A stretch of DNA of 64,000 nucleotides, taken from positions 64,001 to 128,000 of the forward strand of contig CAWBOC010000007.1 of the NCBI GenBank assembly GCA_963790305.1, in the 5' to 3' direction. The translations under genes and the position numbers were made by a program. Below, one piece after another: positions 62,947-64,000 of the stretch. The DNA comes from an uncultured Gemmatimonadaceae bacterium (lineage in GTDB: Bacteria; Gemmatimonadota; Gemmatimonadetes; Gemmatimonadales; Gemmatimonadaceae). Each line of letters opens with the position of its first letter. The first letter of the stretch is position 1. The notes below the pieces were generated by a model. The model was not told the origin of the DNA and searched no databases. It worked only from the letters and a program-made list of their open reading frames with translations.

Positions 62947-64000
62947 GAGGGCAGAACGCGCATACGCGGGGATGCGAAGACCATCCCCGAGGCCGACCCC
63001 TCCGGGCCCACGCCGATGAGCGTCGAAGGCCCCCTGGCGATCTCGCGCAAATCGCGCAGATCCCACGCGGCCGCCTGCGCTCGGTAGCTGCCCGGCCCGA
63101 CATTCATCTGGAGCTCGATCTCGAGCTCGAACGGTCCCGCGTCGGGGAGCTGCACCCCACACCCGGCGGAGTGCGCGACGAAGAGGAGCTCCTCACGCGG
63201 TAACATGCGCACGCGAACGCCAACCGTCGGTCTCGCCCCGTTCGGAGCTCCGAGCACCTCGCCGCGTACGTGAAGGCGCACGCGATCTCCCGGACTCACC
63301 TGCGAGGGAAATGGTCCCGCAATCTCGCTCAGGCGAATCGGTGAATCGGCATGCTCGCTCGGCGGCGTGGCCTCCGACACATACCGGGCCACACATTCCG
63401 CGGCCGTGCCGGAGCACACGACCGTGCCATGGCTGAGCAGTACGGCCCGGTCGCATAGCTGCATGACCTGGTTGAGCTGGTGCGACACGACCACCGCCGG
63501 CACGCCGCGCCTGACGAGCTCCTCGATCCTGCCGAACGCGCGCTGCTGGAACGCGAGGTCACCGACCGCCAGCACTTCGTCGATGAGCAGGATGTCCGGC
63601 TCGAGGTGCGCGGCGATGGAGAATCCAAGGCGGGCGACCATGCCAGTCGAATAGTGCTTGACCGGCGAGTCGATGAATTCCGCGAGCTCCGCGAACGCGA
63701 CGATCTCGTCGAACTTTCTCGTCACCTCCGCGCGTCGCATCCCGAGCAGCGCCCCCTGAAGGTAGATGTTGTCGCGCCCGGACAGCTCGTAGTGAAAGCC
63801 CGCCGAGAGCTCGATCAGTGCACCGATGCGTCCGCGACCTTGTCGCGGGGCGCGGACGATCACACGGCCGCCATCGGCGCGGAGTATTCCCGTGATCAGC
63901 TTCAGCGCCGTCGACTTTCCCGATCCGTTTGGCCCGATGATCCCGAGGGCATGGCCAGCATCGACGGAGAACGACACGTCGCGTAGCGCCCAGAATTCCT
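62943..64000 (-). CDS. wzt: Polysaccharide ABC exporter ATPase with C-terminal Wzt domain (5' end outside the window)
   Basis: EFWALRDVSF, GPNGSGKST, YSTGMVARLGF, IDEVLAVGD, VSH. Confidence 0.92.
   Translation of the reverse strand, partial: EFWALRDVSFSVDAGHALGIIGPNGSGKSTALKLITGILRADGGRVIVRAPRQGRGRIGALIELSAGFHYELSGRDNIYLQGALLGMRRAEVTRKFDEIVAFAELAEFIDSPVKHYSTGMVARLGFSIAAHLEPDILLIDEVLAVGDLAFQQRAFGRIEELVRRGVPAVVVSHQLNQVMQLCDRAVLLSHGTVVCSGTAAECVARYVSEATPPSEHADSPIRLSEIAGPFPSQVSPGDRVRLHVRGEVLGAPNGARPTVGVRVRMLPREELLFVAHSAGCGVQLPDAGPFELEIELQMNVGPGSYRAQAAAWDLRDLREIARGPSTLIGVGPEGSASGMVFASPRMRVLPS

Overview
GC-rich bacterial chromosomal window with about 57 protein-coding genes and no rRNA, tRNA, CRISPR array or recognisable transposase. 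The gene complement (Hanks-type kinase with TPRs, S46 peptidase, CHRD lipoprotein, PQQ sugar dehydrogenase) suggests Gemmatimonadota, which is an inference. Main blocks: otsA and acnA; a seven-gene membrane-lipid cluster resembling an anionic-sphingolipid pathway (10.2-17.2 kb); general-stress genes; a secreted BCP-like peroxiredoxin with an in-frame UGA at the catalytic Cys and a SECIS-like hairpin; aguB-aguA; recQ; msrPQ; an 18-kb glgE-treS-mak-treZ-glgX-glgB-malQ-treY-glgP operon; and part of a polysaccharide locus. Non-coding signals: (i) the heptamer GTTAGGC/GCCTAAC recurs at least 17 times, all inside genes, in four different reading contexts and with rare codons; (ii) several families of palindromic elements built from 7- or 9-mer tandem units, some nested, some inside coding sequence, and two bracketing an orphan gene; (iii) about 10 sigma54-like -24/-12 motifs, most upstream of stress genes. 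About ten genes carry single-base insertions that look like long-read errors. All calls are by eye; no database searches were run.
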